Below are positions 35,025 through 46,100 of a stretch of DNA of 64,000 bases, one piece after another. Origin of the DNA: an uncultured bacterium (lineage in GTDB: Bacteria; Patescibacteriota; Saccharimonadia; UBA4664; SCTI01); NCBI GenBank assembly GCA_963721685.1, contig CAVRJJ010000002.1:8848-72847 (forward strand), in the 5' to 3' direction. The notes beneath the pieces were generated by a model. It had not been told where the DNA came from. It ran no database searches and was given only the letters and a program-made list of their open reading frames with translations. How positions within the stretch are numbered: the first letter of the stretch is position 1; every line of letters starts with the position of its first letter. A program made the translations under genes and the position numbers.

Positions 35025-36034
35025 TAAAACTGCTCCAAGAAATGAAAGTTTGGACGCCAGAACTCGCGCACATCGGTAACGCCGTGCTTAATCGCGGCAA
35101 TCCGCTCCGGGCCGAAGCCAAAGGCAAAACCGGTATAAACTTCCGGGTCGATCCCAACATTCCGCAGCACATGAGCATGCACCATTCCGGCTCCGCCCAA
35201 CTCAAGCCATCCGGTTTGGCTGCACATACGGCAGCCGCTCCCCTTGCAGCCCGGACAGGTCGCGTGCATTTCAACCGAGGGTTCGGTGTAGGGAAAATAG
35301 TTCGGAAGCAGCTTGATCTCGGTTTCTTCCCCTAAGATACCGCGCATCATGGCCAAAAGCGTGCCCTTTAGGTCTGCGAGTGATACGTTTTTATCAACCA
35401 CCAACCCTTCAATTTGCTGGAACTGCCAAGAGTGGCGCTGGTCTTCATCCTCATTACGGTAAACTTTCCCAGGCGCGATAATCCGAATAGGCGGTTGGTG
35501 ATTTTCCATATAGCGGATTTGTACGTTTGAGGTATGAGTACGCGGCAAGTTGCCCCCTTCGAGGTAAAACGTATCCTGCATATCCCGGGCAGGATGGTTG
35601 GCTGGAATATTTAACGCCTCAAAGTTGTACCACTCATTTTCTATCTCCGGTCCATCCGCCACGGTATAGCCCATCTGCCAGTAAAGGCGCACCAATTCAT
35701 CAATTACTTCAAGAACCGGGTGGGCATGGCCAAAACCATGGATATCGTCGGCTGGCACGGTAATATCTACCGTGCTGGTTTCAATTTGGTGTGAAATGCG
35801 TTTATGTTGTAATTTTTTCCTGGCTTCTCCAAGAGCTTGGTCAATTCGCTGGCGCAATTTGTTAGCTTCAGCCCCTTTGGCGGCACGTTCGGCCGCTGGA
35901 AGCTCCCCGATGGAACGCAACAGCTTGGTGAGTTCGCCGTTTCTCCCCACATACCCAACCCGCAGCTTTTCCAGCTCTTGCTCGGAAGCGGCAGCTTGAA
36001 TGTTAGCAATTGCCTCGGATTCATCCATATTCAC
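35024..36034 (-). CDS. pheS: Phenylalanine--tRNA ligase alpha subunit
   Basis: 336 aa. Class II aaRS motifs 2 and 3 are present (…FRPNFHFLEQF region; GFAFGFGPERIAAIKHGVTDVREF). Its stop overlaps the pheT start. Confidence 0.92.
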   Translation of the reverse strand: MNMDESEAIANIQAAASEQELEKLRVGYVGRNGELTKLLRSIGELPAAERAAKGAEANKLRQRIDQALGEARKKLQHKRISHQIETSTVDITVPADDIHGFGHAHPVLEVIDELVRLYWQMGYTVADGPEIENEWYNFEALNIPANHPARDMQDTFYLEGGNLPRTHTSNVQIRYMENHQPPIRIIAPGKVYRNEDEDQRHSWQFQQIEGLVVDKNVSLADLKGTLLAMMRGILGEETEIKLLPNYFPYTEPSVEMHATCPGCKGSGCRMCSQTGWLELGGAGMVHAHVLRNVGIDPEVYTGFAFGFGPERIAAIKHGVTDVREFWRPNFHFLEQF

Positions 36035-36402
36035 GTGCGCGCAACCATGTAAAATTCGGTTAGCGAAAGCAACAACAACAGAAGCAGGGCATCACGCGGG
36101 TTTAACTGCTGCAAACTGCTCAAGGCCAAGAGGATGGTGGCGTAACCGCCGATAAACAGGCCGCGCCGAAACGCGTCTACCCGCCGCAGCTTAACGGCGC
36201 GGTTAGATTGGAGTTTGGCAGCAACCAGATAGGCCCCGGCTGCGAACAAGCCGGTTAAACCGGCAAGAAGCGTTAAAAACCAGAAGGTTACGCCAAAAGG
36301 TCCCAAGGTTAAGGGCGCTAAGGTCAGCATCAGGAATAAGGCCAGTCCCATGCCTGCCAGCCCCACGGTCGTACTTGCCGAAAGAAAACCCTTATGTGCC
36401 AC
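36031..36402 (-). CDS. Small polytopic membrane protein (4 TM), hypothetical
   Basis: 123 aa, almost entirely hydrophobic helices. Its stop overlaps the pheS start by 4 nt, so it is probably co-transcribed. Confidence 0.45.
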   Translation of the reverse strand: MAHKGFLSASTTVGLAGMGLALFLMLTLAPLTLGPFGVTFWFLTLLAGLTGLFAAGAYLVAAKLQSNRAVKLRRVDAFRRGLFIGGYATILLALSSLQQLNPRDALLLLLLLSLTEFYMVART

Positions 36403-36471
36403 CTAAACCTCTTTTATCTCTCCAGTATGGCAAAAAAGCGCTCTGGCTTCAATGCGCGGCGGCCATGAATT

Positions 36472-37844
36472 TTGGCACAGATTGCCGAGTACGGTAGTAT
36501 GGCAGCTATGGATTCCCTAACCCACTACCAGGCCTTGCTTGAGCCATTGATTGGCTTTAAAAGCGTCTCAACCGACCCGTTATATCGAGACGAGGTAAAC
36601 AACACCGCTAAATGGCTGTTGCAGTTGTTTGAAAAAAACGGCTTTATAACCGAATCTTGGCAGCACGGTTCATCCAACCCGGTAGTTTATGCCCGCTATA
36701 ACACGGACCATCCCCATGCCCGCACTTTGCTCGTCTATGGCCACTACGACGTCCAGCCCGCCGCCAAGCCTGACGGCTGGACAAGCGAGCCGTTTGTCCT
36801 GGAGGAACGTGCAGGAAGGCTCTATGGCCGCGGGGTGGTGGACAATAAGGGCCAGACGCTTATCCATATCGCCACAGTCCTCAGAGCTGATTGAGGACAA
36901 GCGACTTAGCCCACAACGTCATTTTCTTGATTGAAGGTAATGAAGAGTCGGGTTCCGGAGATATGACCGATATCATTGAGCAACACAGGCACAAGCTAAA
37001 ATCCGACCATATTATCGTTTCCGATGGCGAGATACCCTACCGGCCCACCATCGAAGTCGGCATTCGCGGCGGCATCAATGTGGAGGTACAGTATAAAACC
37101 GCCCAAAACAACCTGCACTCAGGCATTTACGGCGGCGGCGTACCCAACGCCGCCCAAGAGCTAAGTAAGCTTGTTGCCACCTTTTACGATGCCAACCAAA
37201 GGGTCAACATCCCCGGTTTCTATGACGGCGTTGACCCTGTTACCGCAAAACAACGTAGCGACGCAAAAACCTTGTTTGTGGGTGATGCCCGGTTTAAAGA
37301 AATTACCGGGATAACCAGGCCGCTTACTCCCAAAGGATATGACTTTTTAACCGCGACCGGGTTGTTACCAACGCTCCAGATTAGCGGCTTGATCTCCGGC
37401 TATACTGAAGAAGGCTTTGCCTCCATCATCCCTTCCGATGCCCGAGCCAACATTAATATCCGCATTGTACATTCCCAAGATTACCGCCACATTTCCAAAA
37501 TGGTAACCGAGGCCATCCATGAACGCTCCCCTGAATATGTTGAGCTGAAAATCACCATTGAAGAGTTTGGCAATGCCATGAAACTGGATACCAGCCAACC
37601 CATTGTGCGCCACATAGAGAGCCTGCTTCAGGAAGCTTACGGTGAAAAAGCCCTTTACTCGTACTGCGGCGGTTCCATGCCGGTAATGATGGACTTTAAA
37701 AATATCCTAGGCCAAGAGCCGCTGCTGGTAAGCCTAGGCAATAATGACTGCAATATGCACGGAACAGATGAAAACTTCTCCATTGAGCTATTGAAAAAAG
37801 GCTTGGCCTTTAGCGAATTACTCTTTTCGCGAGAGATTATATAA
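36472..37844 (+). pseudogene. M20-family metallopeptidase (dipeptidase/ArgE/DapE-like) split by a frameshift near 36890
   Basis: The first fragment contains GHYDVQP and GRGVVDNKGQ. The second begins …IFLIEGNEESGSGDM (the M20 His/Asp, GRG.D.KG and EE metal/catalytic motifs). The two ORFs abut at 36891-36894 in different frames. Confidence 0.7.
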
Positions 37845-38330
37845 GAGCAAGTTGGTTGCGGGGCGGACGAAGTTCGTCCATTTGTTACTACTAGTTGACG
37901 CTTGCCGCCCCGCTAGTATTTCCTAGCGAGCCTGATGGTTGGCTAAGAAATAAGGTTATCGCTAAGTAGCGATAGGTGCGGTCCCTACCATTATCTGGTA
38001 GTTCGAAGGGAGTCGCTGCCCGCACACAGGTTACGAGCAGATAATTCCCCTCGAACTTCCGGCGAAACATTTGATCGCACAAGCGATGTTTCTTTAACAG
38101 TAGGACAAGTCCGGTTTGGAAAGTAAGGGGGATACTTCTAAACCGGGCTAGTCCTACTGTGTTGCGGTAAGGACGGGATAAGGTTCTAAGATTTTCAAGG
38201 TTTCTTCTTCCTGCGGGCCGATCAAGCTTGTGCTTGAATGTTCTTAATATAGCACAAGCAGTATAGTAAAGTCAACATGTTCCCTGGAAAAATGTGTTGT
38301 AAATAATTCAACTGTGGATAAGCTGCTTTT

Positions 38331-39328
38331 CTACAACAGGCCGAGGCTGGACCGTACTTGGATAAGCTTCTCGGTTGCGATGGCCGTTGCCTTCTGTCTG
38401 CCCGCTTCTATAATTGCTTCCAGTTTGCGGTTATCAGCTAAGAGCTCCGCGTGGCGCTGCTGGATGGGTTCGATATGCTCAACTACCGCCTCGGCCAGGG
38501 CTTCCTTAAATGGTCCATACCCCGCCGTTCCGGTAGGACTCCGCGATGTCGTTGGGCGGGGCTCCGGTTACCTTAGCAAATATCTGAATAAGGTTTGTAT
38601 GGCGCGGCTTTTTCAGTATCCAAGGTTATTTCATTGCCGGAATCGGTTACCGCCCGCTTAATTTTTTGGCGCAAGACGTCTGGGCTATCACTTAGCATCA
38701 GGTTACCGCTACCGTCTTCATCGCTCTTGCTCATCTTGGAGGTTGGATCTTGCAGGTTCATGATCCGGTGGCCAACATCGGGCAGAACCGCTCGCGGCAA
38801 GGTAAAGGTAGGACCATACAGGTTGTTAAAGCGTTCACCAATATCACGCGCCAATTCAACATGCTGGCGCTGATCGCTGCCAACCGGCACTTCATTGGTG
38901 TCGTAAAGCAGAATATCGGCGGCCATAAGGGTTGGATAGGTGTAAAGCCCCACCAACTGCCCCTCCGCTCCAGACGTGCGGGATTTGTCTTTAAACTGCG
39001 TCATGCGGTTAAGCTCGCCCATAGTGACATAGTTATTAAAAATCCAGGCCAGTTCGGCATGCGCGGGAACCTGTGACTGGACAAACAGTGTTACCTTGGC
39101 TGGGTCTAAGCCGGCGGCAAGGAACCAGGCGACGTTCGACAGCGTATTGTCGCGCAAGGAACCCGGGTCGGGTCGGGCAATTAAGGAGTGCAGGTTCGGA
39201 ACAAAGAAAAAATACTCGGTTTCCTGGTCATTCGAAGACTGGAGCTCAACCCACGGCTTCAAGGCGCCTAGGTAATTACCCAGAGTAAGGTCGCTGTTGG
39301 CCCGAATTCCCGAGAGGACGCGTTTCAT
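38331..39328 (-). pseudogene. trpS: Tryptophan--tRNA ligase with a single frameshift near 38525-38575 (the C-terminal ~65 aa lie in another frame)
   Basis: The main ORF 38573..39328 contains the class I motifs, an N-terminal GIRANSDLTLGNYLG block (HIGH-region position) and KMSKS. The C-terminal helical domain (YGPFKEALAEAVVEHIEPIQQRHAELLADNRKLEAIIEAGRQKATAIATEKLIQVRSSLGLL, stop at 38331-38333) is readable in a -1/+1 frame immediately downstream. Confidence 0.8.
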
Positions 39329-39337
39329 ATCCGTATC

Positions 39338-40456
39338 TTACTCATCGCTTTGGGGTTTGTCGACCAGCAAGGGTTCAATGGCGGGTGTGGTATCGGCGAT
39401 GCGCATAACATCTTTATCGACCTTGCCCAGCTCTTTATGGGCGTTGTTGTAGTGGTTGACGGTGGTGCCCAGGGAATTACCGAGCTTTTGCATAAACACT
39501 TCATAGGCGGTTAAATGGCGTCCCAATTCCCCTACCCGCTGCTGGATCTCCTTAGCTTGCTCTTCAATCTGCAGGGAGCGCAATCCTTGCAGAACCGTTT
39601 GCAGGTAAGCCATAAAGGAAGTTGGCGAAACGATAATAACGTGCTTGTCGCGAAAGGCGTATTCAATTAAGTCGCGGGCGGTGGTTTGGACGGTGCCAAC
39701 CTTGTTAATCAACAGGTCGTAATAGACGGCTTCCGAGGGAATGAACATAAAGGCGAAATCCATGGTGCCTTCGGAAGGACGAATGTACTTAGCGGTTTCG
39801 TCGATCCGGTTTTTTAAGTCAGCCTTAAAGGATTTAACCAGAATATCGCGGGAACCGGCGTCTTTTTCTTCCACCAGTCGGTTGTAGTTCTCAAGGGAAA
39901 ACTTGGAGTCAATTGGTAATATTTTAGTATCTAAATGGATAATGGCATCAACCGCATCGCCGTTTTTAAACTTATATTGTAGGCTGAATTGGCCTGGGGA
40001 TAACGTATTTTCAAGCACCTGTTGTAAATAATACTCTCCGAGAACGCCGCGTTGTTTTGGATTTTGTAGGACATTTTGGAGGGTCTGCAACCGATCGGCC
40101 ACACTAACGACCTGCTCGTTCCCCTTTTGCAGCTTAACCAGGCTTTGGGTGACCTCGGTGATCAGCTTGGAAGATTCGGCAAACTGCTGGTGCATCACCT
40201 GGCGCATCTGTTCGCTGGTCTTGTCCATCCGGACATCCAGGCGCTCGGTTAGCTTACCCAGCTGCTCTTGAAGCAATAGCAGGCTTTTATCCTCTGAAGG
40301 GGGCTGGCTTCCCCGGCGCACCACCGAGCCAATATAAATAGCCGCGCCAATTACCGCTACCGCTACTACCCCCGCCGCGATGAGTACCCATTCCATACCG
40401 CTTATTGTACGGTATTCGTTCGGTTTTGTCACTGGTATGGCTGTATGATCAAACAT
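39338..40456 (-). CDS. rmuC: DNA recombination protein RmuC family
   Basis: N-terminal TM, a long coiled-coil and a C-terminal RmuC domain (…NPKQRGVLGEYYLQQVLENTL…IHLDTKILPIDSKFSLENYNRL…). Confidence 0.8.
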   Translation of the reverse strand: MFDHTAIPVTKPNEYRTISGMEWVLIAAGVVAVAVIGAAIYIGSVVRRGSQPPSEDKSLLLLQEQLGKLTERLDVRMDKTSEQMRQVMHQQFAESSKLITEVTQSLVKLQKGNEQVVSVADRLQTLQNVLQNPKQRGVLGEYYLQQVLENTLSPGQFSLQYKFKNGDAVDAIIHLDTKILPIDSKFSLENYNRLVEEKDAGSRDILVKSFKADLKNRIDETAKYIRPSEGTMDFAFMFIPSEAVYYDLLINKVGTVQTTARDLIEYAFRDKHVIIVSPTSFMAYLQTVLQGLRSLQIEEQAKEIQQRVGELGRHLTAYEVFMQKLGNSLGTTVNHYNNAHKELGKVDKDVMRIADTTPAIEPLLVDKPQSDE

Positions 40457-40568
40457 TGACTTTTCAGCAAATATATGCTAAAGTACCTTGTCGTTTATTT
40501 TTGCCTCCTGCAGCTATACGAAGACCTCCGCTTGAACCTATAGTTCGAGCCCTATCCAAAGGATTGCC

Positions 40569-41291
40569 ATGACCGCTTCACGCGCACGTCGTACCTGTGC
40601 CCTCGCGGCTGTCGCGCTGCTCCTGCCCTGTGCAGGTTCAGCTCACGCCCAGGAGAAGCCCAGTTCGCACACCAACCCGCCGGCGATTACGCCGGAGACG
40701 CCCTCGCCTTTCGCAGAGGAGGAGTCCCTCTACCTCCCGAAAGAGGTCGAATACGGCCCAGTCTGGGCCGTCGGCGAAGACGGCGTGCATCTCGATGCCT
40801 TGGGCATTCGGGTCGCTCTCAGTCGTATCGGCCTGGGCCTTCAGGAGAGCACCCTCTTCGCGATTCCGCGTCGCACACGCGTCACAAGTACGCGCATCGA
40901 CATGCACGTTGACTGCAGCCGGCTCAAGAAAGGCCAGCTGGGATCGACGCTGATCGAGAACCAGGAGAACCAGCGTGTCACCAAACGGTGCGGCACGAAC
41001 AGGCCGTTCGTGGTCGCATGGGCCGGCCTCCCCGTCTACACCGACGACGTCCTGGAGTTCTACTCGAGAGCAGTCGCCACGTTTGCAAATTGGGAGGTGG
41101 TCGATCCAGTTTCGTTGACGATCGACGGTTCGCGCATCACCCTGCGCTTCAATTCCGGAGCACAGCGCATCTCGATCATCCGTCAGAAGGTGATCAGGTG
41201 CAGGCGACACGGGCGCACTGACCGGTGCGTCACGTACAAGGGCCACTTCTCTCCCGAAAACGAGAACCCGACCGCGGGTAAACGCCAGTAG
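40569..41291 (+). CDS. Secreted hypothetical protein encoded in the higher-GC islet
   Basis: Signal peptide MTASRARRTCALAAVALLLPCAGSAHA. The codon usage is GC-rich and unlike the flanking genes. No recognisable catalytic motif. Confidence 0.5.
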   Translation: MTASRARRTCALAAVALLLPCAGSAHAQEKPSSHTNPPAITPETPSPFAEEESLYLPKEVEYGPVWAVGEDGVHLDALGIRVALSRIGLGLQESTLFAIPRRTRVTSTRIDMHVDCSRLKKGQLGSTLIENQENQRVTKRCGTNRPFVVAWAGLPVYTDDVLEFYSRAVATFANWEVVDPVSLTIDGSRITLRFNSGAQRISIIRQKVIRCRRHGRTDRCVTYKGHFSPENENPTAGKRQ

Positions 41292-41302
41292 TACAACGAC
41301 AA

Positions 41303-41337
41303 GGCCCGGGCACACTGCCCGGGCCGCTTCATTTATG
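41303..41337 (+). terminator. Hairpin terminator candidate after the secreted-protein gene
   Basis: ggcccgggca-cac-tgcccgggcc is a perfect 10-bp GC stem (41303-41325), followed by gcttcatttat. Confidence 0.45.
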
Positions 41338-41354
41338 CAATTATGATAATGCTA

Positions 41355-41419
41355 AAAAGGAAAGAACCCCGAACCGCTTGCGCGGCCCAGGGCTCGGTTT
41401 CGGACCGCTTACGCGGTCC
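41355..41419 (-). terminator. Tandem hairpins after the metalloprotease gene (minus strand)
   Basis: GGACCGC-GTAA-GCGGTCC lies immediately after the stop. An imperfect second helix (ccgaaaccg…cggttcgg) follows, and then GGGGUUCUUUCCUUUUU on the minus strand. Confidence 0.45.
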
Positions 41420-43084
41420 CTAGCGTCGCCTTCGAACAACTACATCGAAGGCGGTTGATCCGTAGTCTCCTGCGGAAACCCGGATGGAATGTTGCCCGAT
41501 GATGGGCGTGGTCCACATCCGCGGACAGGTAGCGATCCCCTTCTTGCTGGAGATCACCGTGGCTTTCTGGGACTTGAACCTGGACCTCTGGAACCAAACT
41601 CGGCCACGTTTGGCGCTGCAAGACACCTTTACGCCAGCCGCTGGACTTCCATCAGCTTTGATGGCCTTAACCCTGAATCGAGAACGGAGTACCTGGCTGG
41701 CCTTGGCGGAAACACGGGTCGGACTGACCCGTTTCAGCCTCGGCTTGGCTGGTGGCGGGCAGTACTGCAATGTGTCCGGGCCGGGAATTACCATCGAATA
41801 CGGACTCGCGTCCTTGGTGATGGTTTTTCCGAACACCCGTCCTGATGGTCCAGTGAAGGCAACTGCGATCTGGCCTCGGTGTGAGACCAAACTCGGTGCC
41901 GCGAACGACCCGTTAACTACCGGGACGGTAAGTGGCTCAAATGCATCGACTGGTGAGCGAAAGCTCACCGAGCCGCAGTTTGCGTTTACAACGACTCCGA
42001 AGATTCCTTCTTCGGGTCCTGAGCGTCGCCAGTTTGTCGAGGTTAGCGGTCCCTCGAGGCTATTGGCGGTCGCCTCAATACGCAGGCGCTCAGGTGGTAG
42101 GTTCGGAGGGATCCAAAGCCCCCATCGTCCGAACTCGTCAGTTGCACCGGTTCCGGAGCGAACAACACGGCCATCATGGCCAAAAACTGTCAGACCGACT
42201 TCCATGCCGACCTGAGGTACCTCCTTGCCATCTTGCGTACACAGGAAGTGAATAGCGAAGAGCTGCACTTCCAGCAGGAGGCGACAGCCCGCGGCCGGAA
42301 CGTCGAAGACGCTCTGGTTTTCGAGCCAGAGGGCCGTGGGAACTCCCTCGACCGCTTGCTGTGCCTCAGCGGCCAAAGCGATCAACTGGGACCGATCGAT
42401 ATCGGCCTTCGCCCGACTGAACAGCAGCGAATTGAATCCTCTGAAGAACTGGGGATTTTCCAACAGCACCTTGCCGAACGCAAATCCGGCCATCTGGTAA
42501 CGAATTCTCGTCCCAGGATTATAGTCGTCCTGTGAATGGTAAACGGTATTAGGCGCCCCCAACGCTTGAAGATTCCAGTTCTCATAAAACTGGGCCTTGT
42601 CTTGGCCCTGGCTGCTGTCGTACTCCATTGGATCAACGATGCCTTGGCGCGTCAAGAGCCGCATGACCTCGTTGGTCGCGGCGACGGCCGAGCCTTCCTC
42701 CCACACCCGGTTATTTAGCACCAGGTTAGCGCTGTCGCGCAGAACGTGGGTCAGCTCATGCACCAAGTGAAACCTGATCGCCGAAGCGAGTTGAAACATC
42801 TTCCGACCGCGATCGTAGAGACCCCTGTCGGACTTGGTCACCGTCACCTTGATGGGCGCGGCGGGAGGTCCGTAGACCTCATTGAGCGTCTTAAGTATCG
42901 GCCCTTCGTGGGCCGTCCAAGCTCTCAGCAGATCAGCCTCACCTGCGCCCCAGGAACCGTCAACGACGACGGTAATTGCGGGACTCGGTTCGTGATCTGC
43001 CGATGCAACTCCACCAGGACAGGCCAGGAGGAGCGCGATGATCGCCAGGAGGATCCTGGCGCTCGGGAACTTATTGTCAAACAC
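41420..43084 (-). CDS. Secreted/lipoprotein zinc metalloprotease (HExxH zincin), GC-rich, candidate horizontally acquired
   Basis: Signal peptide with a lipobox-like LLAC (MFDNKFPSARILLAIIALLLACPGG). The zincin motif reads FHLVHELTHVL. The 554-aa protein has a basic C-terminal region. Local GC is ~60% against ~50% for the surroundings. Confidence 0.65.
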   Translation of the reverse strand: MFDNKFPSARILLAIIALLLACPGGVASADHEPSPAITVVVDGSWGAGEADLLRAWTAHEGPILKTLNEVYGPPAAPIKVTVTKSDRGLYDRGRKMFQLASAIRFHLVHELTHVLRDSANLVLNNRVWEEGSAVAATNEVMRLLTRQGIVDPMEYDSSQGQDKAQFYENWNLQALGAPNTVYHSQDDYNPGTRIRYQMAGFAFGKVLLENPQFFRGFNSLLFSRAKADIDRSQLIALAAEAQQAVEGVPTALWLENQSVFDVPAAGCRLLLEVQLFAIHFLCTQDGKEVPQVGMEVGLTVFGHDGRVVRSGTGATDEFGRWGLWIPPNLPPERLRIEATANSLEGPLTSTNWRRSGPEEGIFGVVVNANCGSVSFRSPVDAFEPLTVPVVNGSFAAPSLVSHRGQIAVAFTGPSGRVFGKTITKDASPYSMVIPGPDTLQYCPPPAKPRLKRVSPTRVSAKASQVLRSRFRVKAIKADGSPAAGVKVSCSAKRGRVWFQRSRFKSQKATVISSKKGIATCPRMWTTPIIGQHSIRVSAGDYGSTAFDVVVRRRR

Positions 43085-43193
43085 GGCCCCTCCTTAGGGA
43101 GTCGAAGTTCTTATTCTCAGAGTCGAGCGTATAGCAATATTATAACATTTCAGATAGAGAGTGTCAATTAAAGAACCTTGTCACAAGCCAATA

Positions 43194-46100
43194 TTATTCA
43201 AGAATAATGTAGTCGAGCGTATAGGTGGTATTCGGTAGTACTACCTGGTCAGTTTTGAGCATAAAGTCGGTAAGCGACTTGCTGTGCGGAAAGATCTTGG
43301 CATCCAAGGTTAGTCCGTCTTGGCCAGACAAGACCACCCGCGGCACCTTACCAAACGGCTTGCTAAAGGTTATTTTTACCAGATGGCCGGCGGTTAGGTT
43401 GCTAGAACCAGCGACGAGAGTGATAGTACCGGATGTATCATTACCGTCTACAACCACGGTTGCACTCGTACCGCTAGCCGCCAGCACCTCAACTGTTGGA
43501 GTATCACCACCGCTAATGATATGCCCATCAACCTGCAGGTCTTGGAGCTGGGTTAGGCCTAGGACTACGAGATCGCCGTTAATGGTAGCGCTACCGGTGA
43601 CGGTGAGGGTTGTAATAGTGGCGGTACCAGAAACGTTGAGCTCGGCGAAGTCGGCAGTGCCGGAGACACTCAGACCACTTAAGGAGGCCATGCCGCCATT
43701 TTGGATAACACTGGTGATGCTAGGACCGTTGTAGTAACCGGGTTCGACAAAGACAATGACGCTTGTTTCCCCTGAGTTGGGATCCCAGGAGCCCAGGGCC
43801 TTACCAATGACAAAGCCGGATTGGGTGGCTTTCGTGGCTTTGCCGGGTTCGGATGAGGTTGTCAGATAGTCCCCGGCCTGGATGGGTTCTGAGCTTACGG
43901 CGATGTTAACCGGTACGCGGCCGTTGAGCGCTACCGGCATCGGGTTGTCTTCGGGCTTAATGTTATGGCCGGCTGAGGTGAAGTCGCCGTGGTTGTCGGA
44001 GACAATACCGACGGTGTTTACTTGGTAGGGGCTACTACTCTTAACCAGCTGGGTAACCTGGCCCTTGAGCTTGCCCCAGTCGATGTTGCCGTCGGTTGTA
44101 TCGTAAGTATTAACCATGGTAGTGCCAGTTACCACAATGTCGCCGTAGCCTATACCTGGAGCAACCGGATAGTCTTCAGCGTAGTCGGCGGCCGGAGCGG
44201 CGTTACAATCGCGCAACTCGTAGGCGGTGCCAGCCGTTGGCCCCGTGGCGTTGGCTAAGCTTGAACAGACCGCGTTAGTTGAGGCAGTATTACCCAAAGT
44301 TACTTTGACCGTACCGGAGGTGGTGTCGACTACCAGCAGGCCGTTACCGGCGGCGTTCTGAACCTGGAAGCCAGTGGCGGAGTTGGCGTCACTCTTGAAG
44401 AGCGAGGCACCATACACGGTTGTGCCTCCTTGGAAAGTGTTGTTGTAAGAGGTGACGGTGAGCTCGGTTTTACCGGAGGTCATGACACGGTTGCCAGTGC
44501 CAGTGATAGCGACGGCGACGAACATACCGTTGCCATAAGCTATGCCATCCCAACTATTATCCGCGGCGCTGGTACGGATGGCCCAGTTGATGCCGTCGGG
44601 GGAGGTCATTACACGGTTGCCAGTGCCATCATTGGATACCGCCACGAACAGGCCGTTGCCATAGGTGACACCGAGCCAGCCATTGTTTGCGGAGCTAGTG
44701 CGAATAGTCCAGCTAATGCCGTCAGGGCTGGTCATGACACGGTTGCCAGTACCAGAAGATGCTACGGCGACAAACATCCCGTTGCCGTAGGTAACGGAGT
44801 TCCACGCGTTATCCGCGGCGCTGGTGCGGATCGTCCAGCTCGTCCCATTAGTAGAGGTCATGACGCGGTTGCCGGTGCCAGTGATAGCGACGGCTACGAA
44901 CATACCATTGCCGTAAGTGACGGAGTACCAATCATTGTCCGCGGCGCTGGTGCGGGATGTCCAGTTAATGCCGTCGGGGCTAGTCATGACACGGTTGCCA
45001 GTGCCGGAAGATGCTACGGCGACAAACATCCCGTTGCCGTAGGTTACGGAGCGCCATGTGAGGGACGCTGCAGTCGTGCGGAGGGTCCAGGTTATGCCAT
45101 CGGGGGAGGTCATCGGAGCACCAGCATTCCCACTAATAGCGACAAATATCCCGTTGCCGTAGGCTACGGTTGTCCAGTTGTCATCCGCGGCGCTGGTGCG
45201 GGATGTCCAGTTAACGCCATCGGGGCTGGTCATGACGCGGTTGCCGGTGCCGGTGGCTGCAACGGCGACGAAAACCCCGTTACCATAGGCCACAGATCGC
45301 CATTCATTATCGGGGGCGCTGGTGCGGGAGGTCCAATTAGCGCCAGCAGTTATTAGATTGTCTGAAATAAGATCACCGCGAACGGTAATTCCACCTTGGT
45401 AGGTATTATTTGCCGGAACGACGGTCAATTCGGTTTTGCCGGAGGTCATGACGCGGTTGCCGGTGCCGTCTTCAGAGACAGCCACAAACAAACCATTGCC
45501 GTACGTAACGGAGCGCCAGGCGTTGGTTGTGGGGCTGGTGCGAGAGGTCCAGTTGATACCGTCGGGGGAGGTCATCACCTGACTGACAATGCCATCATAG
45601 GCCACCGCCACGAACAACCCATTGCCGTAGGTGACGGAGTCCCAGCTGGCATCCGAAGCGCTGGTGCGGATTGTCCAGGTTGTGCCGTTGGGGGAGGTCA
45701 TGACGCGGTTGCCGGTGCCGCTCGAAGACACCGCCACAAACAAGCCATTGCCGTAAGTAACGCTATACCAGTTGTTATCCGCGGCGCTGGTGCGTATGGT
45801 CCAGTTGATACCGTCGGGACTGGTCATCACCCGGTTGCCGGAGCCGGAGTATGCCACCGCTACAAACAACCCGTTGCCGTAGGTGACGGAGCGCCAAGAG
45901 TTGTTCGCAGCGCTGGTGCGGATGGTCCAGTTGATGCCGTCGGGGCTAGTCATCACCCGGTTGCCGGTGCCTGTTTGCGCCACCGCTACAAACAACCCGT
46001 TGCCGTAGGTGACGGACACCCACTCGTTATTCGCTGCGCTGGTGCGGATGGTCCAGTTGATGCCGTCGGGGGAGGTCATCACCAGGTTGCCGGAGCCGGA

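Noticed and set aside
37857-37912. Possible tmRNA 5' end (GGGGCGGACGAAGUUCGUCCAUUUG resembles GGGGCUGAUUCUGGAUUCGACGGGAUUUG).
   Set aside because: The complementary CCGCCCCGC lies only ~40 nt downstream. It therefore forms a simple hairpin, not a ~350-nt tmRNA with a tag ORF and T-arm.
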